From assembly GCA_963667785.2 (NCBI GenBank), contig CAXXMU010000001.1:1101770-1165769 (forward strand): a stretch of 64,000 bases of DNA, in the 5' to 3' direction. This stretch comes from Alphaproteobacteria bacterium. GTDB lineage: Bacteria; Pseudomonadota; Alphaproteobacteria; UBA828. Positions 19,945 through 31,018 of this stretch are shown here, piece by piece. The notes below the pieces were generated by a model. It was not told where the DNA came from and searched no databases. It was given only the letters and a program-made list of their open reading frames with translations. The position numbers and the translations under genes were made by a program. Position 1 is the first letter of the stretch. Each line of letters begins with the position of its first letter.

Positions 19945-21736
19945 GACGACACCGCCCGAGCCTGCGCCGGAGGCGCTCGATCCGGTCCTTCTCTCGGTCC
20001 TTTCCAACCGGCTCGACGGCATCGTGCGCGAGATGTCGAACACGCTGCTCAAGGCGGCGCGCTCGGCCGTGATCGCGGTGGCGCGCGACTTCTCCTGCGC
20101 CATCTGCACCGCGGACAACCAGTTGCTCGCCACCGCCGAGGGCCTGCCGGTCCACATCTTCGGCTCGCACCTGCAGACCCGTGCCATGACCGACCTGCAC
20201 GCGGACCTCGCCGAGGGCGACGCCTTCCTCCACAACGACCCCTATCTCGGCAACACCCACCCGGCGGACCACGCGGTGCTGGTGCCGGTCTTCATCGACG
20301 GCGAGCACCTTTTCACCGCCTGCGCCAAGGGGCATCAGGCGGACATCGGCAACAGCATCCCCACCACCTATCACGCCGCGGCAAAGGACGTGTACGAGGA
20401 GGGCTCGCTGATCTTCCCCTGCGTGCGCGTCCAGCGCGGCTACGAGATGGTGGACGACGTGATCCGCATGTGCCGCAGGCGGATCAGGGTGCCGGAGCAG
20501 TGGTACGGCGACTTCCTGGCCGAGCTCGGCGCGGCGCGCATCGCCGAGCGGCGCCTGAAGGAGCTCTGCGCCAAGTACGGCACCGACACCATCAAGACCT
20601 TCATCCGAGAGTGGTTCGACTATTCCGAGCGCCGCATGGTGCAGGCGATCGGGGAACTGCCGCAGGCGGAGGTCGCGGCGGAAGGCGCGCACGATCCCTT
20701 CGAGCCCTTCCTGCCCGACGGCATCCCCATCAAGGTCGAGCTCCGCATCGACCCCGACGAGGGCCGGATCACCATCGACCTGCGCGACAATATCGACTGC
20801 GTCGACTGCGGCCTCAACGAATCGGAGGCCTGCGCCATCAACAACGTCGTGGCCGGCCTCTTCAACTGCCTGGGCCCGGAGATCCCGCACAACGGCGGGT
20901 CGTTCCGGCGCGTAGACGTGCTGCTGCGCGACGGCTGCGTCGTCGGCCGCCCGTCCTTCCCCCACTCCACCTCGATGGCGACCACCAACGTCGCCGACCG
21001 CCTGGTGAACATCACCCACTCGGCGATGGCGAAGCTCGGCGACGGCTACGGCCTGGCCGAGGGCGGCAGCGCCATGTGCGCCGCCACCGCGGTGCTGAGC
21101 GGCAAGGACTTCAGGCGGGGCGGCGATCCCTACATCAACCAGCTCATGATGGTGGTGAACGGCGGCCCGGCGGGACCCAGGGCGGACGGCTGGGTTACCT
21201 ACGTGCTGCCGGTGGTCTCCGGCCTCATGTACCGGGACAGCATCGAGCTTGCCGAGGTGAAGCACCCGATGCTGTTCAAGACGGTGCGCCTCATGCCCGG
21301 CACCGGCGGCGCCGGCCGCCATCGCGGCGGGCCCGCCTGCGAGGTGGTCTACGGGCCGCGCGAGGACCCGATGACCGTGGTGATCCCGTCCGACTGCCAG
21401 ATCAACCCGGCGCGGGGCGCCCAGGGCGGCCACGACGGCACACCCGCTGTCCAGTTCCGGGTCGGCGCCAACGGCGACGAGACGAAGCTGCCGAACGTCG
21501 TTCAGCTCGATCTCGCGCCGGGCGAGTTGATCCGCGGCCTTGATGCCGGCGGCGGCGGCTACGGCGAGCCCAGGGAGCGCGATCCCGAGCGCGTGCGCAT
21601 GGATGTCGCCCGCGGCTGGGAGACGCCCGCGCGGGCCCGCGAGGTCTATGGAGTCGTGCTCACCGGCGACCGGGAAACCGACTCGCTGGCGGTGGACTCG
21701 GAGGCGACGGAAGCGCTGCGGGCGGCGGATTCCTGA
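19937..21736 (+). CDS. Hydantoinase B/oxoprolinase subunit, pair 1
   Basis: RDFSCA, NDPYLGNTHPAD, GHQADIG, GGAGRHRGG, GGGGYGEP. Confidence 0.92.
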   Translation: MAETTPPEPAPEALDPVLLSVLSNRLDGIVREMSNTLLKAARSAVIAVARDFSCAICTADNQLLATAEGLPVHIFGSHLQTRAMTDLHADLAEGDAFLHNDPYLGNTHPADHAVLVPVFIDGEHLFTACAKGHQADIGNSIPTTYHAAAKDVYEEGSLIFPCVRVQRGYEMVDDVIRMCRRRIRVPEQWYGDFLAELGAARIAERRLKELCAKYGTDTIKTFIREWFDYSERRMVQAIGELPQAEVAAEGAHDPFEPFLPDGIPIKVELRIDPDEGRITIDLRDNIDCVDCGLNESEACAINNVVAGLFNCLGPEIPHNGGSFRRVDVLLRDGCVVGRPSFPHSTSMATTNVADRLVNITHSAMAKLGDGYGLAEGGSAMCAATAVLSGKDFRRGGDPYINQLMMVVNGGPAGPRADGWVTYVLPVVSGLMYRDSIELAEVKHPMLFKTVRLMPGTGGAGRHRGGPACEVVYGPREDPMTVVIPSDCQINPARGAQGGHDGTPAVQFRVGANGDETKLPNVVQLDLAPGELIRGLDAGGGGYGEPRERDPERVRMDVARGWETPARAREVYGVVLTGDRETDSLAVDSEATEALRAADS

Positions 21737-21916
21737 AGGTTCGCGGCCGACGCGCACCTGCCGCCCGGGTGGTCGCTCTTAGCGTCTTGCCCTTGCCAAC
21801 GGCCCGTGCTAACCCTTTCGCCGCTCGCGGCCGACGGCCGCGAGCGTGTCGTGAAGGTTGCTCGATTCTCGGTTCCCGCCGGCAATCCCGTCAGGCAGTT
21901 CGAAGGGGGTTCGAAC

Positions 21917-22471
21917 ATGGCAGACGCCGCGCCGCCCCAGGACAGCTCGTCCGAGCACGCGGGCACGCGACGCGACTTCCTGGTGTTGGCGGCGGGTGCC
22001 ATGGGCGGCATGGCCGTGGTCGGCATCACCTGGCCGCTGATCGAGACCATGAACCCGTCCGCGGACGTGCTCGCGCTGGCGTCCACCGAGGTCGATATCT
22101 CCCAGATCGAGGAGGGCCAGGTCATCGTCGTCAAGTGGCGCGGCCGGCCGGTCTTCATCCGCCATCGCACGGCAGACGAGATCGCTTCGGCGCAAGACGT
22201 CAGCCTGGACGACCTCTCCGATCCGCAGCCGGATGCCGAGCGGGCGCCGCGTCCGCAATGGCTGATCGTGGAAGGCGTGTGCACCCACCTCGGCTGCGTG
22301 CCGCTCGGCTCCAAGATCGGCGATCCGAGGGGCGAGTTCGGCGGCTGGTTCTGCCCCTGCCACGGCTCGCACTACGACACCTCCGGCCGCATCCGCAAGG
22401 GGCCGGCGCCGGCGAATCTTCCGGTGCCGACCTACGAGTTCCTCGACGACACGCTGGTCCGGATCGGGTAG
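21917..22471 (+). CDS. petA: Ubiquinol-cytochrome c reductase Rieske iron-sulfur subunit
   Basis: Tat motif [27 protein letters not shown]. Confidence 0.97.
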   Translation: MADAAPPQDSSSEHAGTRRDFLVLAAGAMGGMAVVGITWPLIETMNPSADVLALASTEVDISQIEEGQVIVVKWRGRPVFIRHRTADEIASAQDVSLDDLSDPQPDAERAPRPQWLIVEGVCTHLGCVPLGSKIGDPRGEFGGWFCPCHGSHYDTSGRIRKGPAPANLPVPTYEFLDDTLVRIG

Positions 22472-22484
22472 GGGATCGCGCCGG

Positions 22485-23759
22485 ATGACGACACCCGTTC
22501 CGCAGAACCGCGTTGCCCAGTGGATCGAATACCGGCTGCCGATCTTCAGTTGGACCAACAAGCACCTCGTCGACTACCCGGCGCCGCGCAACCTCAACTA
22601 CTGGTGGAACTTCGGCTCGCTGGCCGGCTTCATGCTGGTGCTGCAGATCGTGACCGGCGTAGTGCTGGCGATGCACTACACGCCGCACGCCGATCACGCC
22701 TTCGATTCGGTCGAGCACATCATGCGCGACGTGGAGTGGGGCTGGCTGATGCGCTACCTCCACGCCAACGGCGCCTCGATGTTCTTCGCCGTCGTCTACA
22801 TCCACCTCTTCCGCGGCCTCTACTACGGCTCCTACAAGTCGCCGCGCGAGATTCTGTGGTGGATGGGCGTCATCATCCTGCTGCTCATGATGGCGTCGGC
22901 CTTCATGGGCTACGTGCTGCCGTGGGGGCAGATGAGCTTCTGGGCGGCGACGGTGATCACCAACATGACCTCGGCGATCCCGTGGATCGGCGAGACGGTC
23001 GTCACCTGGCTGTGGGGCGGCTTCTCGGTCGATCACCCCACGCTCGTCCGCTTCTACGCGCTGCACTACCTGCTGCCCTTCGTGCTCTTCGGCGTCGTCT
23101 TCATCCACCTCTGGGCGCTGCATCACCGCAAGTCGAACAACCCGCTCGGCATCGACATCAAGAGCCCCAAGGACACCATCCCCTTCCACCCGTACTACAC
23201 CGTCAAGGACATGTTCGGGCTGGGCGTGATGATGTTCATCCTGCTGATCTTCACCTTCTACATGCCGAACGTGCTGGGCGAGGTGATCAACTACGAGAAG
23301 GCGAACCCGCTGCAGACGCCCGCCCATATCGTGCCGGAATGGTACTTCCTGCCCTTCTACGCGATCCTGCGCGCGATCCCGGACAAGCTCGGCGGCGTCG
23401 TGGCGATGGTCGCCTCGATCGCCATCCTCTTCATCCTGCCCTGGCTCGACAGCTCGCGGGTGCGCAGCGCACGCTTCCGCCCCATCTACAAGTGGGCGTT
23501 CTGGATCTTCGTGGTGGACTGCATCGCGCTCGGCTGGGTCGGCGCCAACACGCCGGAAGGCAACTTCATCTGGATCGGGCAGGTCACCACCGGCTACTAC
23601 TTCGCGCACTTCCTCATCGTCCTGCCGCTCATCGCCAAGTTCGAGCGACCCACGCCGCTGCCGGAGAGCATCCATCAGGCGGTGCTGAAAGGCGGTGGCA
23701 GCGGCGAGGACGCGCCCGCGGCCGCGCCGGCGGACGCCGCAGCGGCGGAGAAGACGTGA
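22485..23759 (+). CDS. petB: Cytochrome b of the bc1 complex
   Basis: WWNFGSL, HANGAS, GQMSFW, PEWYF. Confidence 0.98.
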   Translation: MTTPVPQNRVAQWIEYRLPIFSWTNKHLVDYPAPRNLNYWWNFGSLAGFMLVLQIVTGVVLAMHYTPHADHAFDSVEHIMRDVEWGWLMRYLHANGASMFFAVVYIHLFRGLYYGSYKSPREILWWMGVIILLLMMASAFMGYVLPWGQMSFWAATVITNMTSAIPWIGETVVTWLWGGFSVDHPTLVRFYALHYLLPFVLFGVVFIHLWALHHRKSNNPLGIDIKSPKDTIPFHPYYTVKDMFGLGVMMFILLIFTFYMPNVLGEVINYEKANPLQTPAHIVPEWYFLPFYAILRAIPDKLGGVVAMVASIAILFILPWLDSSRVRSARFRPIYKWAFWIFVVDCIALGWVGANTPEGNFIWIGQVTTGYYFAHFLIVLPLIAKFERPTPLPESIHQAVLKGGGSGEDAPAAAPADAAAAEKT

Positions 23760-24529
23760 TGCGGCGCGCCCTGCTGGCCGGGCTGATGATCGGCGCGCTC
23801 GCCCTCTTCGGCGGCCACGCCGCGCACGCGGCCGGCGACGCGCCGGACATCCCCGGTCAGGACTGGCAGCACGAAGGCGTCTTCGGCACCTTCGACCGGG
23901 GCGAGCTGCAGCGGGGCTTCCAGGTCTTCCAGGAGGTCTGCTCCGCCTGCCATTCGCTGCAGTACATCGCCTTCCGCAATCTGGTGGAGATCGGCTTCAC
24001 CGAGGAGGAGGCGAAGGCCATCGCTGCGGAATACGAGGTCGAGGACGGACCCGACGACGAGGGCGAGATGTTCTACCGCGCCGCACGGCTCTCCGACTAC
24101 TGGCCGGCGCCCTTCGCCAACGACAACGAGGCGCGGGCCTCCAACGGCGGCGCGCTGCCGCCCGATCTCTCGCTCATCATCAAGGCGCGGGAGGGCGGCG
24201 CGGATTACGTCTACGCGCTCATGACCGGCTACGAGGAAGAGGCGCCGGAAGGGATGGAGCTTGCCGACGGCATGAACTTCAACCACTTCTTCCCGGGTCA
24301 GCAGATCGCCATGGTCGCGCCTCTTTACGAGGAGGCGGTCGAGTACGTGGACGGCACGCCGATGACCGTCGAACAGCACGCGCGGGACGTCACCGCCTTT
24401 CTCGCGTGGACGGCGGAGCCGGAGCTCGAGGAGCGCAAGCAGACCGGCCTCAAGGTGCTGATCTTCGTCTTCGTGCTCACGGCGGTGCTCTTCGTCATCT
24501 ACCGGCGCGTCTGGGCCAAGCTGCACTAA
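23759..24529 (+). CDS. petC: Cytochrome c1
   Basis: Signal peptide, LQRGFQVF, CSACH, PPDLSLI, C-terminal TM; overlaps petB stop. Confidence 0.96.
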   Translation: MRRALLAGLMIGALALFGGHAAHAAGDAPDIPGQDWQHEGVFGTFDRGELQRGFQVFQEVCSACHSLQYIAFRNLVEIGFTEEEAKAIAAEYEVEDGPDDEGEMFYRAARLSDYWPAPFANDNEARASNGGALPPDLSLIIKAREGGADYVYALMTGYEEEAPEGMELADGMNFNHFFPGQQIAMVAPLYEEAVEYVDGTPMTVEQHARDVTAFLAWTAEPELEERKQTGLKVLIFVFVLTAVLFVIYRRVWAKLH

Positions 24530-24613
24530 CCAGCGGCGCGCGCACCTCCCTCGTCGGGCGGAGGCGAATCGGCGGGGCTGGCCGCTTGACCGGACGCAGA
24601 GGGGAGCGGACCC

Positions 24614-26320
24614 ATGGCCCAACCCACAGGCTCACAACACACCGATCCCAAGAGCGACATCGACATCGCGCGCGCCGCTACCAAGCGCCCGATCCTCGAG
24701 CTCGCCCAGGACCGCCTCGGCATCGCGCCCGAGCATCTGGTCCCCTACGGCCACGACAAGGCGAAGATCACCCTCGACCATATCGGCTCGCTGGAGGAGC
24801 GCCCCGACGGCAAGCTGATCCTGGTCACGGCGATCACGCCGACGCCGGCGGGAGAGGGCAAGACGACAACCACCGTGGGCCTCGGCGACGGCCTCAACCG
24901 CATCGGCAAGAATGCCGTGATGGCGCTGCGCGAGCCGAGCCTCGGCCCCTGCTTCGGGGTGAAGGGAGGCGCTGCCGGCGGCGGCTACGCGCAGGTGGTG
25001 CCGATGGAGGACATCAACCTCCACTTCACCGGCGACTTCCACGCCATCGGCGCCGCCAACAACCTGCTGGCGGCGATGGTCGACAACCACATCTACTGGG
25101 GCAACAAGGCCGGCATTGACCCGCGCCGGGTGAGCTGGCGCCGCGTCGTCGACATGAACGACCGGGCGCTGCGCTCCGTGGTCTCCTCCCTCGGCGGCGT
25201 CGCCAACGGCTTTCCGCGCGAGGACGGCTTCGACATCACCGTCGCCTCCGAGGTGATGGCGATCTTCTGCCTCTCGCGGGACCTCGACGATCTGCGCGCC
25301 CGCCTCGGCAACATCGTGGTGGGGCTGACCCGCGAGCGCGAGCCGGTCCGCGCCAGCGCGGTGAACGCCGACGGCGCCATGACGGCGCTGCTCAAGGATG
25401 CGCTCGCGCCCAACCTGGTGCAGACGCTGGAGAACAACCCGGCGCTGATCCACGGCGGTCCCTTCGCCAACATCGCCCACGGCTGCAATTCGGTGATCGC
25501 CACCAGGGCTGCGCTCAAGCTCGCCGACTATGTGGTGACCGAGGCCGGCTTCGGCGCCGACCTGGGCGCGGAGAAGTTCTTCGACATCAAGTGCCGCAAG
25601 GCGGGGCTGGCGCCGGACTGCGCGGTGATCGTGGCCACCATCCGGGCGCTGAAGATGCACGGCGGAGTCGCGCGGAGCGAGCTTGGCGCCGAGAACCTGG
25701 ACGCGCTTGCTGCAGGCATGGCGAACCTCGCCCGCCACGTGAGGAACGTCCAGGGTTACGGAGTGCCGGCGGTGGTGGCGATCAACCGCTTCTCCGCCGA
25801 TACCGAGGCCGAGCGGGCGCTGGTGGCGGAGCACTGTGCCGGCATGGGCGTCCAGGCGGTCGAGTGCGACCACTGGGCCATGGGCGGCGCCGGCTGCGAG
25901 GCGCTGGCGCACGAGGTGGTGCGCACCATCGAGGGGGGGCAGTCCTCCTTCCAGCCTCTCTACCCGGACGAGATGACGCTCTGGGAGAAGATCGAGACCG
26001 TCGCCACACGCATCTACGGCGCCGACGGGATCGGCGCGGACGACAAGGTCCGCAAGCAGCTCGACGACCTCCAGGCCGGGGGCTTCGGGCACTTCCCCGT
26101 GTGCATGGCGAAGACGCAGTACAGCTTCTCGGCCGATGCGGCGCTCAGGAACGCACCGAGCGGCTTCGAGGTGCCGATCCGCGAGGTGCGGCTCTCGAGC
26201 GGCGCCGAGTTTGTGGTGGTGATCTGCGGCGCGATCATGACCATGCCGGGGCTGCCGCGCGTGCCTGCCGCCGACAACATCGCCGTCGACGAGAACGGCC
26301 ACATCACCGGGCTGTTCTAG
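24614..26320 (+). CDS. fhs: Formate-tetrahydrofolate ligase
   Basis: [42 protein letters not shown]. Confidence 0.97.
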   Translation: MAQPTGSQHTDPKSDIDIARAATKRPILELAQDRLGIAPEHLVPYGHDKAKITLDHIGSLEERPDGKLILVTAITPTPAGEGKTTTTVGLGDGLNRIGKNAVMALREPSLGPCFGVKGGAAGGGYAQVVPMEDINLHFTGDFHAIGAANNLLAAMVDNHIYWGNKAGIDPRRVSWRRVVDMNDRALRSVVSSLGGVANGFPREDGFDITVASEVMAIFCLSRDLDDLRARLGNIVVGLTREREPVRASAVNADGAMTALLKDALAPNLVQTLENNPALIHGGPFANIAHGCNSVIATRAALKLADYVVTEAGFGADLGAEKFFDIKCRKAGLAPDCAVIVATIRALKMHGGVARSELGAENLDALAAGMANLARHVRNVQGYGVPAVVAINRFSADTEAERALVAEHCAGMGVQAVECDHWAMGGAGCEALAHEVVRTIEGGQSSFQPLYPDEMTLWEKIETVATRIYGADGIGADDKVRKQLDDLQAGGFGHFPVCMAKTQYSFSADAALRNAPSGFEVPIREVRLSSGAEFVVVICGAIMTMPGLPRVPAADNIAVDENGHITGLF

Positions 26321-26351
26321 CGGGCGCCATGGCCGGCGCCCGGGCTACGCC

Positions 26352-27566
26352 TCACGCCATCGCGGCGCGGAGGCGGCGGTCGATCGCGTCGAGAAAATCC
26401 TTGGAGTTGAGCCAGCCCTGCTCGGGGCCGATCAGGATGGCGAGGTCCTTGGTCATCTCGCCGGCCTCGACGGCCTCGACGCAGCAGCGCTCCAGCGTGT
26501 CGGCGAAGCGGGCGAGCGCCTCGTTGCCGTCGTGCCGGCCGCGGTGCTTGAGTCCGCGGGACCAGGCGAAGATCGAGGCGATGGGGTTGGTCGAGGTCTC
26601 CTCGCCCCGTTGATAGGCGCGGTAGTGCCGCGTCACCGTGCCGTGCGCCGCCTCGGCCTCCACCGTCCTGCCGTCCGGCGACATCAGCACCGAGGTCATC
26701 AGGCCGAGCGAGCCGAAGCCCTGGGCCACGGTGTCCGACTGCACGTCGCCGTCGTAGTTCTTGCAGGCCCAGATGAAGCCGCCCCCCCACTTCAGCGCGG
26801 CGGCCACCATGTCGTCGATCAGCCGGTGCTCGTAGTCGATGCCCGCCGCCTCGAAACGCTCGCTGAATTCGGCCTCGTAGACCTCCTGGAAGAGGTCCTT
26901 GAAGCGCCCGTCGTAGGCCTTGAGGATCGTGTTCTTGGTCGACATGTAGACCGACCAGCCCCGCTCCAGACCGTAGTTCATGCAGGCGCGGGCGAAGTCG
27001 CGGATCGAGTCGTCGAGGTTATACATGGCGAGGGCGACGCCGCCGCCGGGGAAGGCGAATACCTCCCGCTCGATCGTCTCGCCGCCGTCCTCAGGCTCGA
27101 AGCGGACCGAGAGCCGGCCCTTGCCCGGCACCACGAAGTCGGTGGCGCGGTACTGGTCGCCGAAGGCGTGGCGGCCGATCACGATCGGCTGCTCCCAGCC
27201 GGGTACGAGGCGGGGCACGTTGCGGCAGATGATCGGCTCGCGGAACACCGTCCCGCCCAGGATGTTGCGGATCGTGCCATTGGGCGAGCGATACATCCTC
27301 TTGAGGCCGAACTCCTCGACGCGGGCCTCGTCCGGCGTGATGGTCGCGCACTTGACGCCGACGCCGACCTCCTTGATCGCCTCGGCGCAGTCGACCGTGA
27401 CGCGGTCGTCGGTCGCGTCCCGATGCTCGATGCCGAGGTCGTAGTAGAGGAGCTCGAGGTCCAGGTAGGGCAGGATCAGCTGATCCTTGATCCATGACCA
27501 GATGATCCGGGTCATCTCGTCGCCGTCGATCTCGACGACGGGGTTGGCGACCTTGATCTTCGCCAT
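26352..27566 (-). CDS. icd: NADP-dependent isocitrate dehydrogenase
   Basis: [37 protein letters not shown]. Confidence 0.98.
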   Translation of the reverse strand: MAKIKVANPVVEIDGDEMTRIIWSWIKDQLILPYLDLELLYYDLGIEHRDATDDRVTVDCAEAIKEVGVGVKCATITPDEARVEEFGLKRMYRSPNGTIRNILGGTVFREPIICRNVPRLVPGWEQPIVIGRHAFGDQYRATDFVVPGKGRLSVRFEPEDGGETIEREVFAFPGGGVALAMYNLDDSIRDFARACMNYGLERGWSVYMSTKNTILKAYDGRFKDLFQEVYEAEFSERFEAAGIDYEHRLIDDMVAAALKWGGGFIWACKNYDGDVQSDTVAQGFGSLGLMTSVLMSPDGRTVEAEAAHGTVTRHYRAYQRGEETSTNPIASIFAWSRGLKHRGRHDGNEALARFADTLERCCVEAVEAGEMTKDLAILIGPEQGWLNSKDFLDAIDRRLRAAMA

Positions 27567-27640
27567 CCTCGGCTCTCCAGGAGTGCGTTATGGGTGTGCG
27601 CCCCGGGGGGCGGGCGTGGGCGGCCGACGCAGCCGAGCGC

Positions 27641-27668
27641 ACCATATCAGGGACGCCCCCCCGGTCAA
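27641..27668 (-). promoter_or_regulatory. Putative icd promoter
   Basis: Minus strand TTGACC-N16-TATGGT. Confidence 0.45.
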
Positions 27669-27839
27669 GGCACGCCCGGAATCCTCGTCGCGGTCGAGCG
27701 CCTGGCCGAAGCCGCCGGCGCGATCGGTCGCCCCGCTCTTTTCCAGCGGTCTGCCGCCAGCAATCGTTGCGACCGTCGCACCGTGTCACTATGAGGTCGT
27801 CGATCACGGAGGGATCGCATGTCCGGGGAGGGGAGAGCG

Positions 27840-29699
27840 ATGGCAGGAGATACCGTACGCCTGACGATGGCGCAGGCCCTGGTCCGCTATCTGTGCAACC
27901 AATACACCACCATCGACGGCGAGCGCGTTCCGCTCTTCGCCGGCGTGTTCGCGATCTTCGGTCACGGCAACGTCACCTGCCTCTCGGAGGCGCTGGAGCC
28001 GGTTCAGGACCGGCTGCCGACCTGGCGCGGCCAGAACGAGCAGTCCATGGCGCTCGCGGCCATCGGCTTCGCCAAGGCCAGACGGCGACGCCAGATCATG
28101 ATCGCCACGTCCTCGATCGGCCCCGGCGCGCTCAACATGGTGACGGCGGCCGGCACGGCCCATTCCAACCGCCTGCCGATCCTGATTCTCGCGGGCGATA
28201 CCTTCACCAACCGCCTGCCCGATCCGGTGCTCCAGCAGGTCGAGCACTTCGGCGACCCGACCGTCACCGTGAACGACGCCTTCAAGGCGGTCTCGCGCTA
28301 CTGGGACAGGATCACCCACCCGGCGCAGCTCATGGCCTCGATGCCGCAGGCCATCGCCACCATGCTCGACCCCGGCGACTGCGGCCCGGCCTTCATCGCG
28401 CTTCCCCAGGACACCCAGGAGCTTGCCTTCGACTATCCGGAGGAATTCTTCGAGGAGAAGATGTGGACGATCCCGCGCCCGCGCCCGGACCGCGACCGCG
28501 TCGCCGAAGCCGCAGCCCTGCTCAGAACGGCGAAGAAGCCGCTGATCATTTCAGGCGGCGGCGTGCGCTATTCCGGCGCCGAGAAGGCTGTCGCGGCATT
28601 CGCCGCCAAGCGCGGCATTCCCGTCGTGGAGACCATCGCCGGCAAGGGCACGCTCACCCACGACGATCCGGTCCATTGCGGCCCCGTCGGCGTCGTCGGC
28701 TCCACCTCGGCCAACGCGCTCGCCGCAGAGGCAGACGTGGTCCTCGCCATCGGCACCCGCCTGCAGGACTTCACCACCGGCTCGTGGACCGCGTTCGCGC
28801 GCGGGGCCGCGTTCATCTCGATCAACGCCGCCCGCTGGGACGCGACCAAGCACCGGGCGGTCGCGGTGGTCGGCGACGCGCTGGAGACGGTGCGGGAGCT
28901 CGACGCCGCGCTCGGCGCCTGGAAGGTGGACGGCGCCCACCTGGAACGGGCGCAGGCGCTCTTCAGGGACTGGGACGCGCTCCTGGACGAACATCAGGCC
29001 CAGAGCAACGCGCCTGTACCTTCATACGCGCAGGTGGTGGGTGTCGTGAACCGGGCGGCGGGCGAACGCGATACTCTCATCGCCGCTGCCGGCGGGCTTC
29101 CGGGCGAGGTTGCCAAGGGCTGGCGGGTCAAGCAGCCCAACACCTTCGACCTCGAGTTCGGCTTCTCCTGCATGGGCTACGAGATCGCCGGCGGCTGGGG
29201 CAACGCCATGGCGACCCAGGGCACGTCGACGCCCATCGTCATGGTGGGCGACGGCGGCTACCTGATGATGAACTCGGACATCTATTCCTCGGTGCTCACC
29301 GGCCACAAGATGATCGTCGTGGTCTGCGACAATGGCGGCTTCGCCATCATCAACCGGCTGCAGGAGTTCAAGGGGACCCCCGGCTTCAACAACCTGTTCA
29401 AGGATTGCCGGACTGCAAGCGCCGGCGACCCGCCGCTCGTGGACTTCGCGAGGCACGCCGAAGCCATGGGCGCACACGCGCGCCACTGCGCGAGCCTGGC
29501 CGATCTCGAAGCCGCGCTCGAGTGGGCCAAGGGCACCGACAGAACCACGGTCCTCACCATTGCCACCGAGGCCTACACCTGGACGCCGGGCGACGCCCAC
29601 TGGGATCTCGGCGTGCCCGAGGTCTCGGAGCGCGAGGCGGTCAGAGCCGCCCGCGCCGATCAGGACGAGATTCGGGCAAGGCAACGCGTCGGCGTGTGA
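27840..29699 (+). CDS. iolD: 3D-(3,5/4)-trihydroxycyclohexane-1,2-dione acylhydrolase (ThDP-dependent)
   Basis: RLTMAQAL, AIFGHGNV, GQNEQSMA, PDPVLQQVE, FSCMGYEIAG, ThDP motif GDGGYLM...DNGG; alternative start 27819. Confidence 0.9.
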   Translation: MAGDTVRLTMAQALVRYLCNQYTTIDGERVPLFAGVFAIFGHGNVTCLSEALEPVQDRLPTWRGQNEQSMALAAIGFAKARRRRQIMIATSSIGPGALNMVTAAGTAHSNRLPILILAGDTFTNRLPDPVLQQVEHFGDPTVTVNDAFKAVSRYWDRITHPAQLMASMPQAIATMLDPGDCGPAFIALPQDTQELAFDYPEEFFEEKMWTIPRPRPDRDRVAEAAALLRTAKKPLIISGGGVRYSGAEKAVAAFAAKRGIPVVETIAGKGTLTHDDPVHCGPVGVVGSTSANALAAEADVVLAIGTRLQDFTTGSWTAFARGAAFISINAARWDATKHRAVAVVGDALETVRELDAALGAWKVDGAHLERAQALFRDWDALLDEHQAQSNAPVPSYAQVVGVVNRAAGERDTLIAAAGGLPGEVAKGWRVKQPNTFDLEFGFSCMGYEIAGGWGNAMATQGTSTPIVMVGDGGYLMMNSDIYSSVLTGHKMIVVVCDNGGFAIINRLQEFKGTPGFNNLFKDCRTASAGDPPLVDFARHAEAMGAHARHCASLADLEAALEWAKGTDRTTVLTIATEAYTWTPGDAHWDLGVPEVSEREAVRAARADQDEIRARQRVGV

Positions 29700-29709
29700 G
29701 GAAAGCGGA

Positions 29710-30963
29710 CTAAAGGGCGGTCCAGCAGGAGCCTTCCAGCCCCCCGACGGGGCGGCCGGTCTTGAGGTGGATGCGGCGGCCGGGCAGGCGCCGCAGGACA
29801 TCGACCAGGGACGTCGCCTCGAAGACGACGAGATCGGCCGGCGCGCCGGCGGCGACGGCAGGCGCAGGTGCGCCGATGATCCGCGCCGCGCGGGTGGTGA
29901 CCATCTCGAAGCCTTCGCGCACCTCCTCGTCGGTCCGGAGGCCCGCGCTGTGCACCGTCATGTAGGCAAGCTCCACCGGGTCCATCCGGTTGAAGCGATA
30001 CCAGATGTCGTACATGTTGTCGGCCCCTGCGGCGACGTTGACGCCGGCGTCCAGCAGCTCCTTCACTCGCGACGAGCCGCGATTGTGGGGCGTGCGTCCG
30101 GTCCCGCCGAGCATCTGGAGATTGGCGATCGGCAGCACCGTGATCGCCATGTCGGCGTCCAGCACCTTGTCGATCACCCGCGCCGCCTCCTCGTCGGGGT
30201 AGAGCGAGAGCGCGTTGCAGTGGCTGGCGACGACCCGGCCCTGCAGGCCGTGGGCGACGGTGCCTTCGGCCAGCATCTCCAGGGTCTTGAGCTCGATCCG
30301 GTCCAGGTAGTCGCAGTGCATCTCGACCGGAACGTCGAACGCGGCGGCGAGCTCGAGGATCGTCTCCACATGGGTGCGCTGGTCCTCCTCGGACGCCTCG
30401 ACCTCCGGCAGGCCACCGACCGCCGCAGCGCCCATGGAGAGAGCCTCGCGCAGCAGCCCCGGCGCCTCCGGGTCCGCGACGATGCCCTCCTGGGGGAACG
30501 CGACGAGCGTGACGTCGACGATGCCGGCGAAGCGGTCGCGCGCGCGCATCACGCCCTCGAACGAGACCAGCCTGGTCGCAAAGTCCACGTCGATCTGGGC
30601 GTGCAGGCGGCCGATGCCGTGGGCGGCGGCGAGTCGAAGGGCGCGGCAGGCGCGCTCCTCCACGTCGGCGACGGTGAAGTGGATCTTGGCCTCGCGGGCA
30701 CGGGCGAGGGCTTCCTCCGGCCCCAGCGCGCCCAGGAGGTCGCGGCTCAGCACCTTGTCGATGTGGAAGTGGGGATCGACGAAGGAGGGGGTGACGAGGC
30801 CGCCGCGGGCGTCGATCCGGGCCGCCGTGTGGCCTGCCAGCGAGGGCGCTACCGCCTCGATCTGCCCGGCTCGAATGCCGATGGAGACCGGCGTCGCGTC
30901 ATCCAGCCGCGTCGCGTTGTCGATGAGAAGGTCCCAGTCGGGGCCTGCAGCCGCGTCCGTCAT
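29710..30963 (-). CDS. Cytosine-deaminase-like metal-dependent amidohydrolase
   Basis: FVDPHFHIDK, VAFPQEG, MHCD, SHC, GADNMYDIWY follow the CodA motif order. Confidence 0.85.
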   Translation of the reverse strand: MTDAAAGPDWDLLIDNATRLDDATPVSIGIRAGQIEAVAPSLAGHTAARIDARGGLVTPSFVDPHFHIDKVLSRDLLGALGPEEALARAREAKIHFTVADVEERACRALRLAAAHGIGRLHAQIDVDFATRLVSFEGVMRARDRFAGIVDVTLVAFPQEGIVADPEAPGLLREALSMGAAAVGGLPEVEASEEDQRTHVETILELAAAFDVPVEMHCDYLDRIELKTLEMLAEGTVAHGLQGRVVASHCNALSLYPDEEAARVIDKVLDADMAITVLPIANLQMLGGTGRTPHNRGSSRVKELLDAGVNVAAGADNMYDIWYRFNRMDPVELAYMTVHSAGLRTDEEVREGFEMVTTRAARIIGAPAPAVAAGAPADLVVFEATSLVDVLRRLPGRRIHLKTGRPVGGLEGSCWTAL

Positions 30964-31018
30964 GTGTCCTCCGCCGTCATCGTCATTGTCCCGCCGCTAT
31001 CGCCGCTGCCGCCCGCTC

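Noticed and set aside
24530-24613. Possible ZTP/THF riboswitch upstream of fhs
   Set aside because: Short spacer without recognisable consensus elements
24614-27566. fhs + icd (with korAB) as evidence for autotrophic carbon fixation
   Set aside because: All are common in heterotrophs; no CODH/ACS or citrate lyase genes in the window
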